DNA of 64,000 nt from Candidatus Omnitrophota bacterium (GTDB lineage Bacteria; Omnitrophota; Gorgyraeia; Gygaellales; Profunditerraquicolaceae), in contig JBAZKL010000003.1 in the NCBI GenBank assembly GCA_041650835.1, forward strand, positions 163,682 to 227,681, given 5' to 3'. The position numbers were made by a program, and so were the translations under genes. Below, piece after piece: positions 47,600 to 57,007 of this stretch (position 1 is its first letter; the number at the start of each line of letters is the position of its first letter). The notes under the pieces were generated by a model. The model made no database searches and had not been told where the DNA came from. It was given only the letters and a program-made list of their open reading frames with translations.

Positions 47600-47756
47600 A
47601 ACTTTACGGTTTTTGCTTTAAGCGCACATTTGAAAACTTTCGGCACAGGGGTTTCATCTACAGTGCGCAAAGATTTACGGCGAGTTGAAGCACGCTCTTT
47701 ACGTAAGTCTATAGCGTAAACGAGCCGTAAACTGTAGCGCACGGCGAAAGTTTTTT
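47600..47756 (+). repeat. ~157-nt structured intergenic element, family 1, copy C
   Basis: It matches copy B (34393-34549) nearly exactly over ~140 of 157 nt. The hairpin architecture and terminal gaaagtttttt are the same. Its flanks contain GCGACCTG/CAGGTCGC motifs, as do the flanks of copy B. Confidence 0.75.
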
Positions 47757-47798
47757 GTGCGCGTAAGCAAAAAGCGTAAAGTTTGCCCATGCCATGGA

Positions 47799-48449
47799 CT
47801 ATTTTGCAACCTGTGACTTTCCCAAGGGACAACACTCACACCGGGGCTTCCTCTTCAAGCAAAACTCCTTGCCTGCCCGCACCAAAAGAGCATGAAATTC
47901 ATTATAAAGCGGCGCATCGGGTTTAAGCCTGCTCATACATAAAAACTGTACGGTATGGTAACCGTCATTTTCCGCTATCAGCTTATGCCGGAGGAATATC
48001 CTTTTTGTGTACGCGTCGACGACAAAAACAGGTTTTTGGAACGCGTAAAGCAAGATCGCATCCGCGGTTTCCGGCCCGACCCCATTGACCAAAAGCAACT
48101 CCTCCCGCAAAAGAGGGGAGGCGACAACCGACATTTTTTCCAAATCCCCCCCATAACGGGAAAACAGGTATTCCAAGAAATTCTTCAAACGGTGAGCCTT
48201 AATATTATAATATCCCGCGGGAACAATTATTGCCGCTAATTTTTTCTCAGGCAAACGGTAGAGCTTCCCGGGAGACAATACCTTCTTTACTTTTAAATTA
48301 TCAAGCGCCCGTTCGACATTTACCCAACTTGTATTTTGCGTCAGGATCGCCCCGACGATAACTTCCCAGGGATCATCTGCCGGCCACCAGGCTTGCGGCC
48401 CGAAATGCTTGTATAACTTGTTATAAATTGAACGAAGAGTCGAAGTCAT
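47799..48449 (-). CDS. nth: Endonuclease III-family DNA glycosylase (HhH-GPD with [4Fe-4S] cluster)
   Basis: HhH-GPD LLLVNGVGPETADAILLYAF with the catalytic Asp context (VVDAY). The C-terminus has CLKRKPRCECCPLGKSQ (Cx6CxxCx5C-like). Confidence 0.85.
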   Translation of the reverse strand: MTSTLRSIYNKLYKHFGPQAWWPADDPWEVIVGAILTQNTSWVNVERALDNLKVKKVLSPGKLYRLPEKKLAAIIVPAGYYNIKAHRLKNFLEYLFSRYGGDLEKMSVVASPLLREELLLVNGVGPETADAILLYAFQKPVFVVDAYTKRIFLRHKLIAENDGYHTVQFLCMSRLKPDAPLYNEFHALLVRAGKEFCLKRKPRCECCPLGKSQVAK

Positions 48450-48451
48450 AT

Positions 48452-48524
48452 ACTCGGTATTCGGTACTCGGTGATCGGTGTTCGACCAGAATAGTCGCCG
48501 ATAACCGAGTACCGAATACCGAGT
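48452..48524. promoter_or_regulatory. Large near-perfect inverted repeat (28-bp arms, 17-nt loop) spanning the nth translation-initiation region
   Basis: actcggtattcggtactcggtgatcggtg (48452-48480) against gccgataaccgagtaccgaataccgagt (48497-48524). The left arm begins 3 nt upstream of the nth ATG. The upstream gene stops at 48533. Confidence 0.65.
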
Positions 48525-48532
48525 ACCGACAA

Positions 48533-50485
48533 CTAATTCTCAAGTTCCAAAGGATTGTAATTATAATACGCGAACAACGTATATACCGTTGCCGAAACAG
48601 CGCCTGTCTTTCTTCCCGCCGGAGTAGTCCATCCATGGCCGGTATCAACGGATGCGGCGGAAGCATACGGCAGGCATCCTGCCCCCTGGCCGGAGGGAGA
48701 AGCGCTGGAAATGATCAACGTGCACAGATCAACCATATATTCGTTTGCTTTTTGATCATAGACCTTTGCCTTGCCGAGCATATCTTTTTTCTTATAATAA
48801 TCCGCCATTATTTTGAATGACAGTATCATTTGAGCGGTCCATTCGGTCGAGATCACTCCTCCCCGGGAGAGATGCCGCTGCGGGGCAAAATCAAAGCCTT
48901 TGATCTTGATCGTTTCTCCTGACGGGCCTATCGAAGGGACCTCAACCACGCAATTTTCTTCGGCAAATTCAATTATTTTATCGGGCTGCATCGCGTTTTC
49001 CGCCAATTTTTCAGGCCCCAGCGCCGCGATCGCCCATGCGTACGTATCGGTAGCGATCGTTGAATCCCCCTTACCGCGGATGATCGGGATATCGACTTTA
49101 TCATAAATGTGCCCGAGCAACCAACCAAACACCTTGTCCCGCGCGTCCGCGTAATGCTGTTTCTTGGTCATTGTATACAGCATATTAAAGAACGCGTAAG
49201 CGTCCAGGTTATGCTCGGTAGAATACCAACTGATATTAGGGCCGCCGCGGATACCTCCTTGCCCGTCCTGTCCCTGTAAAACGATCATGACCTGAGCGAT
49301 CTCTTCGGCTATCTTCATATACCGGGTATCGGACGTTTTCTTCGTATAGTGGAGTATCGCGATCCCCAGCCAGATATTAGGGCCGCTGTGCACGATATAT
49401 TCCGCGGGGCTGCCGTCTTTAGCATCATAGGCATTGACAAAAAGCCCTTCCCTTTTCTTGGCTTTGTGCGCATAAAACTCTAATGTCTTCTGAGCACGCT
49501 CATAATCGGAAAAATTCGTGAAAGCCTGGATTACCAGGGACTGGTCATAGGTAAACGCCCAGCCGTCGACATTCGCGTCGCCCTCAAAGCTCATGACCAG
49601 GCCTGTCCGGGGATTTTGATGCAAGCTGAGCCATTGATACATTTTATTAAAATTTTCTTTCTGTAACGTCGCTTTTTTCTCATCCAGGCGCAGTAATTCT
49701 TCCGTCACCGAAGTCTCACGGTGCTGCAGGTCGATCAACTTCTCCTGGAGCGGGGCCTTTTGCTGCCTCAACTGCTCGATCAATTTTTTAAGCTCCTCTA
49801 CTTTCTTGATAGACTTGGCCTCTTCCAATTTAACGCCGTCTTCAAGAGAATTCTTTTCATCCTCCACGGTCTTAATACGCACCTGTAACGCTTCGATCTT
49901 AAGCTGCAGGTCCTCTTTATCCTTATTGATGTTCGTGATCTTTTGCTTGGCGATGATCGATTCCTGCAAGATATTAACCAACTGGCTGATCAAAGTCTTG
50001 TTGCCCTGGATAAGCTTGGCATTAACATAGCTGTTAACAACGAGCGCCGCGGAAAAAACCAGGATTATCGAATAAACTACCGGAACGAATAATTTTTTCA
50101 TCCAGACATACCGCATGAGCCGGGTATTCGCGTTGCGATCGATAGAATCATAATTTAAACCAATAACGTACTTATTGGCGTTGACCGCGGCGCCTTTTAC
50201 CCAGGAAACGCTTGCCCGGGCAAAAACCGGATGCCTCCCTAAAGGGCTTTCGATCTCTAAGATGACCCGGCTCGATTGGCTCTTTATGGTCTGGATCAAA
50301 TCGGGAGAAAGATTATTAACGCGCAGGCACAATCCGCCCTTTCCTATATTATTCGTAAAACCCTGCAGCCAACCGGAGAGGAACGCCTGCTCATCGGCGG
50401 CAAGCACCAGCCTAAACTGGACAGGAAAGACCGAATCAAGCCTCACATATTTTCTACGGTTGAGGGCTTCGTGATCTTTTTCCAT
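48533..50485 (-). CDS. PilZ-domain membrane protein with coiled coil and C-terminal (alpha/alpha)6 glycoside-hydrolase-like domain
   Basis: N-terminal PilZ motifs RRKYVR and NIGKGG. A TM segment (LFVPVVYSIILVFSAALVV) is followed by ~150 aa of coiled coil. The C-terminal ~330 aa (WAFTYDQSLVIQAF...GPNIWLGIAILHY...TEHNLDAYAFF...DTYAWAIAAL) have helical-hairpin repeat character, as in GH8 or epimerase-like toroids. Confidence 0.55.
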   Translation of the reverse strand: MEKDHEALNRRKYVRLDSVFPVQFRLVLAADEQAFLSGWLQGFTNNIGKGGLCLRVNNLSPDLIQTIKSQSSRVILEIESPLGRHPVFARASVSWVKGAAVNANKYVIGLNYDSIDRNANTRLMRYVWMKKLFVPVVYSIILVFSAALVVNSYVNAKLIQGNKTLISQLVNILQESIIAKQKITNINKDKEDLQLKIEALQVRIKTVEDEKNSLEDGVKLEEAKSIKKVEELKKLIEQLRQQKAPLQEKLIDLQHRETSVTEELLRLDEKKATLQKENFNKMYQWLSLHQNPRTGLVMSFEGDANVDGWAFTYDQSLVIQAFTNFSDYERAQKTLEFYAHKAKKREGLFVNAYDAKDGSPAEYIVHSGPNIWLGIAILHYTKKTSDTRYMKIAEEIAQVMIVLQGQDGQGGIRGGPNISWYSTEHNLDAYAFFNMLYTMTKKQHYADARDKVFGWLLGHIYDKVDIPIIRGKGDSTIATDTYAWAIAALGPEKLAENAMQPDKIIEFAEENCVVEVPSIGPSGETIKIKGFDFAPQRHLSRGGVISTEWTAQMILSFKIMADYYKKKDMLGKAKVYDQKANEYMVDLCTLIISSASPSGQGAGCLPYASAASVDTGHGWTTPAGRKTGAVSATVYTLFAYYNYNPLELEN

Positions 50486-50488
50486 AAA

Positions 50489-52897
50489 TTATTTTTTCCT
50501 CTCTACGACCACTTTCTGTTTAATTTTCTGGGCAAGATTCTCATATACCTTCTTAAAATCGGCATATTCTTCCTGCGGAATGAGCGTTTTTTTTAATTCA
50601 ATCGACTGTTTAAAAGATATCCTCTTATTTTTATAGGTATACCCCGCGCTAAAACGAAACCAGCTATTATCCTCCGCGATATTACCGGGGAGGAACTTCA
50701 CGTTAAAATCAGGAGGCATCTGAATTTCCGTCACCACCTCTTTAGTATTCAGGAAACCGAAATCAAGCGGATACCTGCGGCGACTTTGAGCGACTAAGGA
50801 GAGGTCCAAATATGCCAATTGAGGCAGGATACGCAGAGCACCGGCGATGGTCGCGTACTCGCTGCCGCTAAAGGCATATTCAAGCAATAAAGGTTTATTC
50901 GGATCATCGGCATTCTTAATATCATATTTACCTAAACGCGCCCCCACGGATATTTCCTGGATCCTGGCTTCCAGGTGCTGGCGGATCAATTCCGGCGGCG
51001 TATATAAAACCCAATACCGCTGCATCTGGTTATAGACCCCGGAAACCGCGACCGTTTTCTCTCCCGTAATACGGTCATCTCCTTGCACCGTAAGCGATAA
51101 ACCCTGGCTGATCTGATTATGCCCGGCCTCATAGAGCGGAGTCGTAAGGACTTCAAACCCTTGTTCTTTGCATAATAAAACCGTCCGCGCCTGGTCATCC
51201 TGGGGCAAATCGCCAAACGCGCATGTTTCCGCGGTGGGATCGACAAAAACTTTTTTTCCTTCCCATACCACCGCCGCGATAGCATGATTAAAAAGTATCG
51301 AAGGGAAATCCTCCCGCGCGTTATAAGCATCTTTTGTCGCGATAAGCACCGGATAGGCCTCAATGCCGGCCTGCCGCAGCATCGTCACTAACAAAACCGC
51401 CTTATCCTTGCAGTCGCCGTATTTATTCTGAAAGATATCCGCTGCTTTATGCGGTTCATAACCGGCCTGCCCGTATTCAACCGCAACATAACGGATCTTC
51501 TGCGCGGCAAAGCCGCACAACGCGCGGATCTTCTCCTCATCGGATACGGCAGAAGCGGTTAATTCTTTTACCTTGTTCCTGATCGAATCATCGGCCGTGA
51601 TCTTGTCCCGGGCGAGCGGCCACCACCAATCGTAAATCCCTTTCCACGACTCAAAGGTGGAGAACAACAGCGATGGATTGATCTCTGAAGCAGGCGGCAT
51701 ATCGGACTCGGGTATCACCTGCGGGATGTCCCTGAATTGCCATGAATAGACGGCTGAGCCTTTTTCTTCCCGGACAGAAGGATCTAAAGAAACTCCAAAA
51801 TCATTATATTTTTCGTTGATCTTTTTAATATTGAGTACTGTATCCTTCGGCACGGTAATGGAAAAATTCGCCCGGATCACCGGCTGGGAAGTTTGCAGGG
51901 GATACGGGAAAGCGAAATCTTTTTTGTTCACCAGCTGGTTACGCACGATCTTTACTTTGTATTCGATGATCGCTCCTTCCGTTATTTCCGGGAAAGAAAT
52001 TATAAAGATCCGCGCGTTGCTGTAAAGCGGGAAATTAAGGTATTTCGAGACATCGCGCATATGGCGGCTGCCGACATCAACGAGAGTACCGTCGGGCTTA
52101 ATGGTCCGCGCGTATTCCACCTCCAGCTTTTCATATGTTGAATCATACTCGATGTGCGCCTCTGAAAATTCATCCTTGCCCCGTTCATTTAAGATCTTCA
52201 CCAGATAATGCTCAGAGGAAACCTGGGTATTTTCCGCAGATACTACGACCGCTTCATCGGCAAGCAGGATCAACGCTCCTGCCTGAGGATATTTCTCCGA
52301 CGCAGGCGCGCCAAGCAGGATCGCATTGATCTCGGGGCTGACATCTTTAATGTGCAGTCCTTCCACCTGTTTCTCTATAAGCCGCATTCGCTCCCGCGCA
52401 AAGAAGGCAAAGCTTCCCGGGACGGGCATCAGTACACCGGGTATCTTTTTATACGCTTCAAGGGCGCTGTCAAAAAGATTGAGCTTTTCACAGGTCAAAC
52501 CGCGGTAATATAAATACTCGGCATCATCCTTCAACTCATTCTGATCAAAGACCGCCAAGGCATCGGTATAGCTGCCCGCCTTATAGTATGAGATCGCCAG
52601 CCACTTCCGCGCCCCGGGGGCATCCACGCGCTTAAATTCTTCCGCCGCCTCGGCGTATTTCCCCTGACGGTAATACAACTCTCCCAATTCAAAGCCTATT
52701 CTCCGGGGATCGGCCCCCTGAGAGAGCAATCGCTTATACAGGACAACCGCTTTCCGGTAATCAGCTTCGGAAACCTGCGCGTAAATACGGGCCTGCTCCA
52801 ACTCCGATTTCTGAGGGGTACAGCCGCATAAAGCTGAAAACACAAGAACAAATACAAAAGCGGATATAGATCTATTATTAATAATTTGATTATTCAT
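50489..52897 (-). CDS. Large lipoprotein with N-terminal TPR repeats and central transglutaminase-like cysteine-protease core (DUF3857-like architecture)
   Basis: Lipobox LCGC. TPR-like YRKAVVLYKRL...GELYYRQGKYAEAAEEFKRV. The transglutaminase-core motif KYGDCKDKAVLLVTMLRQAGIEAYPVL carries the catalytic Cys. 802 aa. Confidence 0.7.
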   Translation of the reverse strand: MNNQIINNRSISAFVFVLVFSALCGCTPQKSELEQARIYAQVSEADYRKAVVLYKRLLSQGADPRRIGFELGELYYRQGKYAEAAEEFKRVDAPGARKWLAISYYKAGSYTDALAVFDQNELKDDAEYLYYRGLTCEKLNLFDSALEAYKKIPGVLMPVPGSFAFFARERMRLIEKQVEGLHIKDVSPEINAILLGAPASEKYPQAGALILLADEAVVVSAENTQVSSEHYLVKILNERGKDEFSEAHIEYDSTYEKLEVEYARTIKPDGTLVDVGSRHMRDVSKYLNFPLYSNARIFIISFPEITEGAIIEYKVKIVRNQLVNKKDFAFPYPLQTSQPVIRANFSITVPKDTVLNIKKINEKYNDFGVSLDPSVREEKGSAVYSWQFRDIPQVIPESDMPPASEINPSLLFSTFESWKGIYDWWWPLARDKITADDSIRNKVKELTASAVSDEEKIRALCGFAAQKIRYVAVEYGQAGYEPHKAADIFQNKYGDCKDKAVLLVTMLRQAGIEAYPVLIATKDAYNAREDFPSILFNHAIAAVVWEGKKVFVDPTAETCAFGDLPQDDQARTVLLCKEQGFEVLTTPLYEAGHNQISQGLSLTVQGDDRITGEKTVAVSGVYNQMQRYWVLYTPPELIRQHLEARIQEISVGARLGKYDIKNADDPNKPLLLEYAFSGSEYATIAGALRILPQLAYLDLSLVAQSRRRYPLDFGFLNTKEVVTEIQMPPDFNVKFLPGNIAEDNSWFRFSAGYTYKNKRISFKQSIELKKTLIPQEEYADFKKVYENLAQKIKQKVVVERKK

Positions 52898-52924
52898 ATG
52901 AAATTATACTGAGCTGTAACGTTA

Positions 52925-53045
52925 ATAATAAAGTTTAAAGGTTAAATAACAAAGGAATTTCAAAGAATAAAGGTTTAATTTTAAAATTTAACCTTTTTAC
53001 TTTAATCTTCCTTTGATATTTAGTCTTTAATTTTTAACCTTGTAT
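52925..53045. repeat. AT-rich palindromic intergenic element, family 2, copy Y
   Basis: ttaaataacaaaggaatttcaaagaataaaggtttaattttaaaatttaacctttttactttaatcttcctttgatatttag is homologous to 30855-30975. It lies immediately downstream of the pabC stop and upstream of the transglutaminase-like lipoprotein gene. Confidence 0.6.
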
Positions 53046-53079
53046 ATTGACACGCCTGACAATCAAAATTATATCTCTT

Positions 53080-53937
53080 TTACTCACCGCTGCATAGCGC
53101 TTTATTCGAAGAGCGCTTCAGCAACAAAGCAGCGTAGCGCTCCATCAGGCCTTTAGTTATACTCCCGGGGATACCGCCGCCGATAGGACGGCCGCCGAGA
53201 GACACCAGCGGCATAACGCCCATAAGAGAGTTGGTCAAAAAGGCTTCATCGGCCGAACGCGCATCAGCGGGATCGAAACTCCCTTCGATAATTTTATACC
53301 CCTGTTTTCCCGCCAGGCCTATCACCACCGCGCGCGTAATGCCCGGCAGGCAGCCGCACGATACCGCAGGAGTCATGATCAATTTATTTTTCACCATAAA
53401 GATATTCGACCGGGACCCTTCCGCGACAACCCCCCGGCTATTTAAAATAAGGGCTTCATCATAACCCCTCTTGCGGGCTTCACTATAAGCTAATTGGAAC
53501 AAAAGCCGGCTGGTTGTTTTAACCTGCGCAAAGGGGCAATATTCATCCTGCCTGAACGAAGAAACACAGCCGCGGAAACCTTTCCCGTATTGCCTGCGCG
53601 TATACGCCTTGTAGGGTTTTACCGTGATGACCGTATGGACCACCGCGGCTGACCTGTAAAAACTTAACCTCACGACGGCGTCTTTATATCCGTTGAGAAG
53701 AACCACGCGGGCTATCGCCCTCGACAGACAGGAAGATGAATAGGGGGAGGCGATCTTAAGCCGGCGGGCAGCCGCAAAGATCCTTTTCATATGCAGCGGC
53801 AGGAAAACAATGGTGTTTCCAACGGCGCGCATGGTCTCGAAAACCCCCCAGCCAGAGAACAATTCAGGCTCTAAAGCCGTAAAAACCGCCTGCGCAGGCA
53901 GCAGGAACTTCCCGTTTATAAAAACCTTTTCACTCAC
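53080..53937 (-). CDS. pabC: Class IV aminotransferase; probably aminodeoxychorismate lyase
   Basis: Fold-type IV PLP-enzyme pattern (GWGVFETMRA, RLK, EAFLTNSLMGVMPV). The ATGA overlap with the upstream pabB-like gene supports a PabC role. Confidence 0.7.
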   Translation of the reverse strand: MSEKVFINGKFLLPAQAVFTALEPELFSGWGVFETMRAVGNTIVFLPLHMKRIFAAARRLKIASPYSSSCLSRAIARVVLLNGYKDAVVRLSFYRSAAVVHTVITVKPYKAYTRRQYGKGFRGCVSSFRQDEYCPFAQVKTTSRLLFQLAYSEARKRGYDEALILNSRGVVAEGSRSNIFMVKNKLIMTPAVSCGCLPGITRAVVIGLAGKQGYKIIEGSFDPADARSADEAFLTNSLMGVMPLVSLGGRPIGGGIPGSITKGLMERYAALLLKRSSNKALCSGE

Positions 53938-55295
53938 GTAATTGCCTCAAACATAGCCCGGGCCTTGACCAGCGTTTCCCGGTATTCTTTTTCAGGGTCT
54001 GAATCGGCGACGATCCCGCCTCCCACGCCGAAATACACCATATCAGCTTTTTTAACTATCGTGCGGATCAAAATATTAAAATCCATCTCGCCTGAAAAGC
54101 TGAAGTATCCCAAACTCCCCGTATAGAGCGAACGCCCGAACGGCTCTAATTCATCGATGATCTCCATAGCGCGGATCTTCGGGCACCCCGTGACCGATCC
54201 GCCGGGAAAACACGCCCGCATCAGATCAAATCCGTCCTTATCTCGCCGCAGGCGGCCCTCGACCGTCGCGGTAGTCTGAAAAACAGTAGCATACTCTTCC
54301 AGGGCGCGCAGCGTCTTTACCCCCACCGAACCGTATTCACAAACCCTGCCGAGATCGTTCCTTTCAAGATCGACGATCATCACTAATTCCGCCCGCTCCT
54401 TATGGCTGGAGAGTAATTCATTTCTCAACTTTGCGTCAAGCGCCCTGTTCTTTGAACGAGGGCGCGTGCCCTTCATCGGAGTAGTCTCAACTCTTCCCTT
54501 GCGCAGGCTTAAAAAGCGTTCCGGCGAAGAGCTTAAAACCTGGAAGCTGCCTGCGTCAAAATAAGCGCTGAAGCTTGACGGGCTGATACGCCGCAAACGC
54601 TCATAAATATCAAAAGATTCGTCGCTGCAATGGCCGCAAAAACGCTGAGATAAATTAACCTGATAAATATCCCCCCGCTTGATATATGCCTTGGCTTTCC
54701 TGACTGCCCGGTGATAGGCTTGCCTGCTGAAGTTTGATCTTAATCCTCCTGAAGCGCATATTAAAGGCTTTACCCGCGGCAGGCGGCGACTTTCTACCCG
54801 CGAGAGTATCGCGGCTGTTTTCTTGATATTATGCCCGCACAATGCTTTTGCCGCGTGATACTTCTTTTCGGGAAACCCCGCGGAGAAAATATAAAGTTTA
54901 CGCGCCGGGTTATCAATGATCACGACAGTATTATAAAAAGCGAAGTAACTCTGCGGGACCGACAAAGATCCTTTTTTCCTCCCGCGGTGAGATGCTTCCA
55001 TCTCTACCCCAAGGTCATAGGTAAGGTATCCCAAAGCGCCTCCCAGGAACGGGATATTGTTCCCGGGGACCGATAAACGGTAATCATTAAGCCTCCTGCG
55101 CAACGCGGAAAACGGATCCTTACTTGAGCTCTTTAAAATATAGAACGGATCCATACCGATAAATGAATACCGGCCGGTGGACCCCGCAGAAAGGCTGCTG
55201 TCGAGAAAAAAACAGTTTTTTTCATCCTTAAACGCGGCAAAAACGCTCAACGGGTCAACGCGTAATTTATATGATTTCAAGATGTAATATGCCAT
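53934..55295 (-). CDS. pabB: Aminodeoxychorismate synthase component I (chorismate-binding enzyme family)
   Basis: Chorismate-binding C-terminal domain motifs (LSQRF...ERLRRISPSSFSAYF, MKGTRPR, ERAELVMIVDLERNDL, PGGSVTGCPKIRAMEII, GYFSFSGEMDFNILIRT). No glutamine amidotransferase domain is fused. Confidence 0.85.
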   Translation of the reverse strand: MAYYILKSYKLRVDPLSVFAAFKDEKNCFFLDSSLSAGSTGRYSFIGMDPFYILKSSSKDPFSALRRRLNDYRLSVPGNNIPFLGGALGYLTYDLGVEMEASHRGRKKGSLSVPQSYFAFYNTVVIIDNPARKLYIFSAGFPEKKYHAAKALCGHNIKKTAAILSRVESRRLPRVKPLICASGGLRSNFSRQAYHRAVRKAKAYIKRGDIYQVNLSQRFCGHCSDESFDIYERLRRISPSSFSAYFDAGSFQVLSSSPERFLSLRKGRVETTPMKGTRPRSKNRALDAKLRNELLSSHKERAELVMIVDLERNDLGRVCEYGSVGVKTLRALEEYATVFQTTATVEGRLRRDKDGFDLMRACFPGGSVTGCPKIRAMEIIDELEPFGRSLYTGSLGYFSFSGEMDFNILIRTIVKKADMVYFGVGGGIVADSDPEKEYRETLVKARAMFEAIT

Positions 55296-56127
55296 CGATT
55301 CTAAACGTCCGTTCTTCGTTGCGTAAACAACAGAAACCGACCAGGTATAAGCGGCGCTTATCCTGTTTTATGGAGCGGGGGATCACTTCCCGTTCGGAGA
55401 TCTCCGCGGCGGAAGTGGAAAAATACCGGATCTTTAATTTAACGCCCAGGTCGATAGCCTCCCGGATCTCGGCCACCTTTTGATTATTGCTATCCTCAAG
55501 AAAATCGGCCTGGACGCCGAAAAGGCTGACAAAATCATGGAAATCGGTTATTCCTTTCTGCTCCATGGCAAGGCGCAGCTTCAAAAATACTCCCCACGTC
55601 ATTTCCACGTCGGCCAGCGCGCGGTGTTTTTGCGGCGCGGTAATGCCTAATTTCCGGGAAATAAACCACAAGGCGTAACGCTCCTGCCCCGGGAGCAGCT
55701 TGCGTGCCATCGAAAGTATATCGACAACGACCATTTCTTCGGATAATGCCATCCCCGCCAAGCCTAATTCAACCTTCAAGAATTCAAGGTCGAACGGCGC
55801 GTTATAAGAGCACAGGCAGCTGCCCGAAATAAAATCAAGGAATCGGGGGATGACCTCCCGCATGCGAGGGCACCCGAGCAATTCTTCCCGGGTGATCTGA
55901 TTGACCTGGAACGCGCCAGGCGAAATAGCCATTTCCGGATCAACCAGCATCTGGAAAGTCGCGATCCTTCTATCCGCCTGAAAGCGCAATCCCGCGATCT
56001 CAACTATCCGGTCGCCGGAGCCAGGATCCAAGCCGGTAGTCTCAGTATCAAAAATAGTAAACTCGACTTCATCCAGTTTTTTACGCAGCATCGGACCGCT
56101 CATTTCATGAAAAAGTTTTCTTAACAA
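55267..56127 (-). CDS. DEDDh 3'-5' exonuclease (DnaQ / Pol III epsilon-like) with C-terminal extension
   Basis: Exo I FTIFDTETTGLDP, Exo II ...YNAPFDLEFL, Exo III HRALADVEMT. The ~90-aa C-terminal domain is of unknown function. Confidence 0.8.
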   Translation of the reverse strand: MLRKLFHEMSGPMLRKKLDEVEFTIFDTETTGLDPGSGDRIVEIAGLRFQADRRIATFQMLVDPEMAISPGAFQVNQITREELLGCPRMREVIPRFLDFISGSCLCSYNAPFDLEFLKVELGLAGMALSEEMVVVDILSMARKLLPGQERYALWFISRKLGITAPQKHRALADVEMTWGVFLKLRLAMEQKGITDFHDFVSLFGVQADFLEDSNNQKVAEIREAIDLGVKLKIRYFSTSAAEISEREVIPRSIKQDKRRLYLVGFCCLRNEERTFRIDGILHLEII

Positions 56128-57004
56128 TATAATTAGGGACCACGCCGAGCGGATGATACGACTCTTTTACTCTCTTGAGGTTATCCAACCCCGAATCATC
56201 CATGATATTGATATACCGGTACTCTTTTAATTCATCGCAGAAGCGGCGGAAAATATATTGGCTTAACCCTTTAACCGCCAGATCGCTTACCTCATAGGCT
56301 ATGCAAAACGTATCCGCTGAAAGTTTAAAACCGAAGGTGAACGCCTTGACCCGGGAGTCGATCATGACCAGCCTCCCCGGCATTTTAAAGACAGGGTATT
56401 CCTCCAATAACACCGTCAGGCTCCGCAGACTGTCCCCCAACATCCCCTGATACAGCGTATCCGGGTTCAAGAGGCTGCGGGAGCGCATCCAACTCCGGTA
56501 AAGATCGAGGCACTCTTGTTTATATTCCTGCGTATAGGGCTGATAAGATGCGCGGGTATGTTTTTCAAAATAATTGACCGCCGAGCGCTTTGACTTAAAA
56601 CGCCCCCCCTTGAGCGCCGCCAGGTCATCGCGCAAAAACAGGTAATCGCCGAACTTGCTGCCGCAGGCAAACCCCTGCTGCAGGAAAAAAGCCCGATCGC
56701 CTTCTTCAATATTCTCAATACGCGAAACTCCGCGCGCGGTATTACGCTCGTCCATGAGCGTAAAGGCTCCCTCGATAACCGCGGGGCCGACGTCCTCTGC
56801 CAGAGGCGGCAGGTACATGAACGTGCCGATACCGTCGGTAAAAAAGACGCACAGGGCCCCCTGAACGATGTCCCACGATATTGAAAAAAGGCCCTTCCAG
56901 ATATAAATATTCTCAAAAGCGTAAGCGCTTAACGCGTGCGGCTTAAGCGCCAGGAACTCATCAAAAGTTTCCCTGTCTTCGGCGGTGAGTGTTTTGAGCT
57001 TCAT
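56105..57004 (-). CDS. Conserved hypothetical protein, possibly DUF2156-like (GNAT-fold, aminoacyl-transferase-like)
   Basis: 299 aa. The N-terminal LSAYAFENIYIWKGLF...FMYLPP pattern resembles DUF2156 or MprF C-terminal-like proteins. The assignment is tentative. Confidence 0.35.
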   Translation of the reverse strand: MKLKTLTAEDRETFDEFLALKPHALSAYAFENIYIWKGLFSISWDIVQGALCVFFTDGIGTFMYLPPLAEDVGPAVIEGAFTLMDERNTARGVSRIENIEEGDRAFFLQQGFACGSKFGDYLFLRDDLAALKGGRFKSKRSAVNYFEKHTRASYQPYTQEYKQECLDLYRSWMRSRSLLNPDTLYQGMLGDSLRSLTVLLEEYPVFKMPGRLVMIDSRVKAFTFGFKLSADTFCIAYEVSDLAVKGLSQYIFRRFCDELKEYRYINIMDDSGLDNLKRVKESYHPLGVVPNYIVKKTFS

Positions 57005-57007
57005 GAA

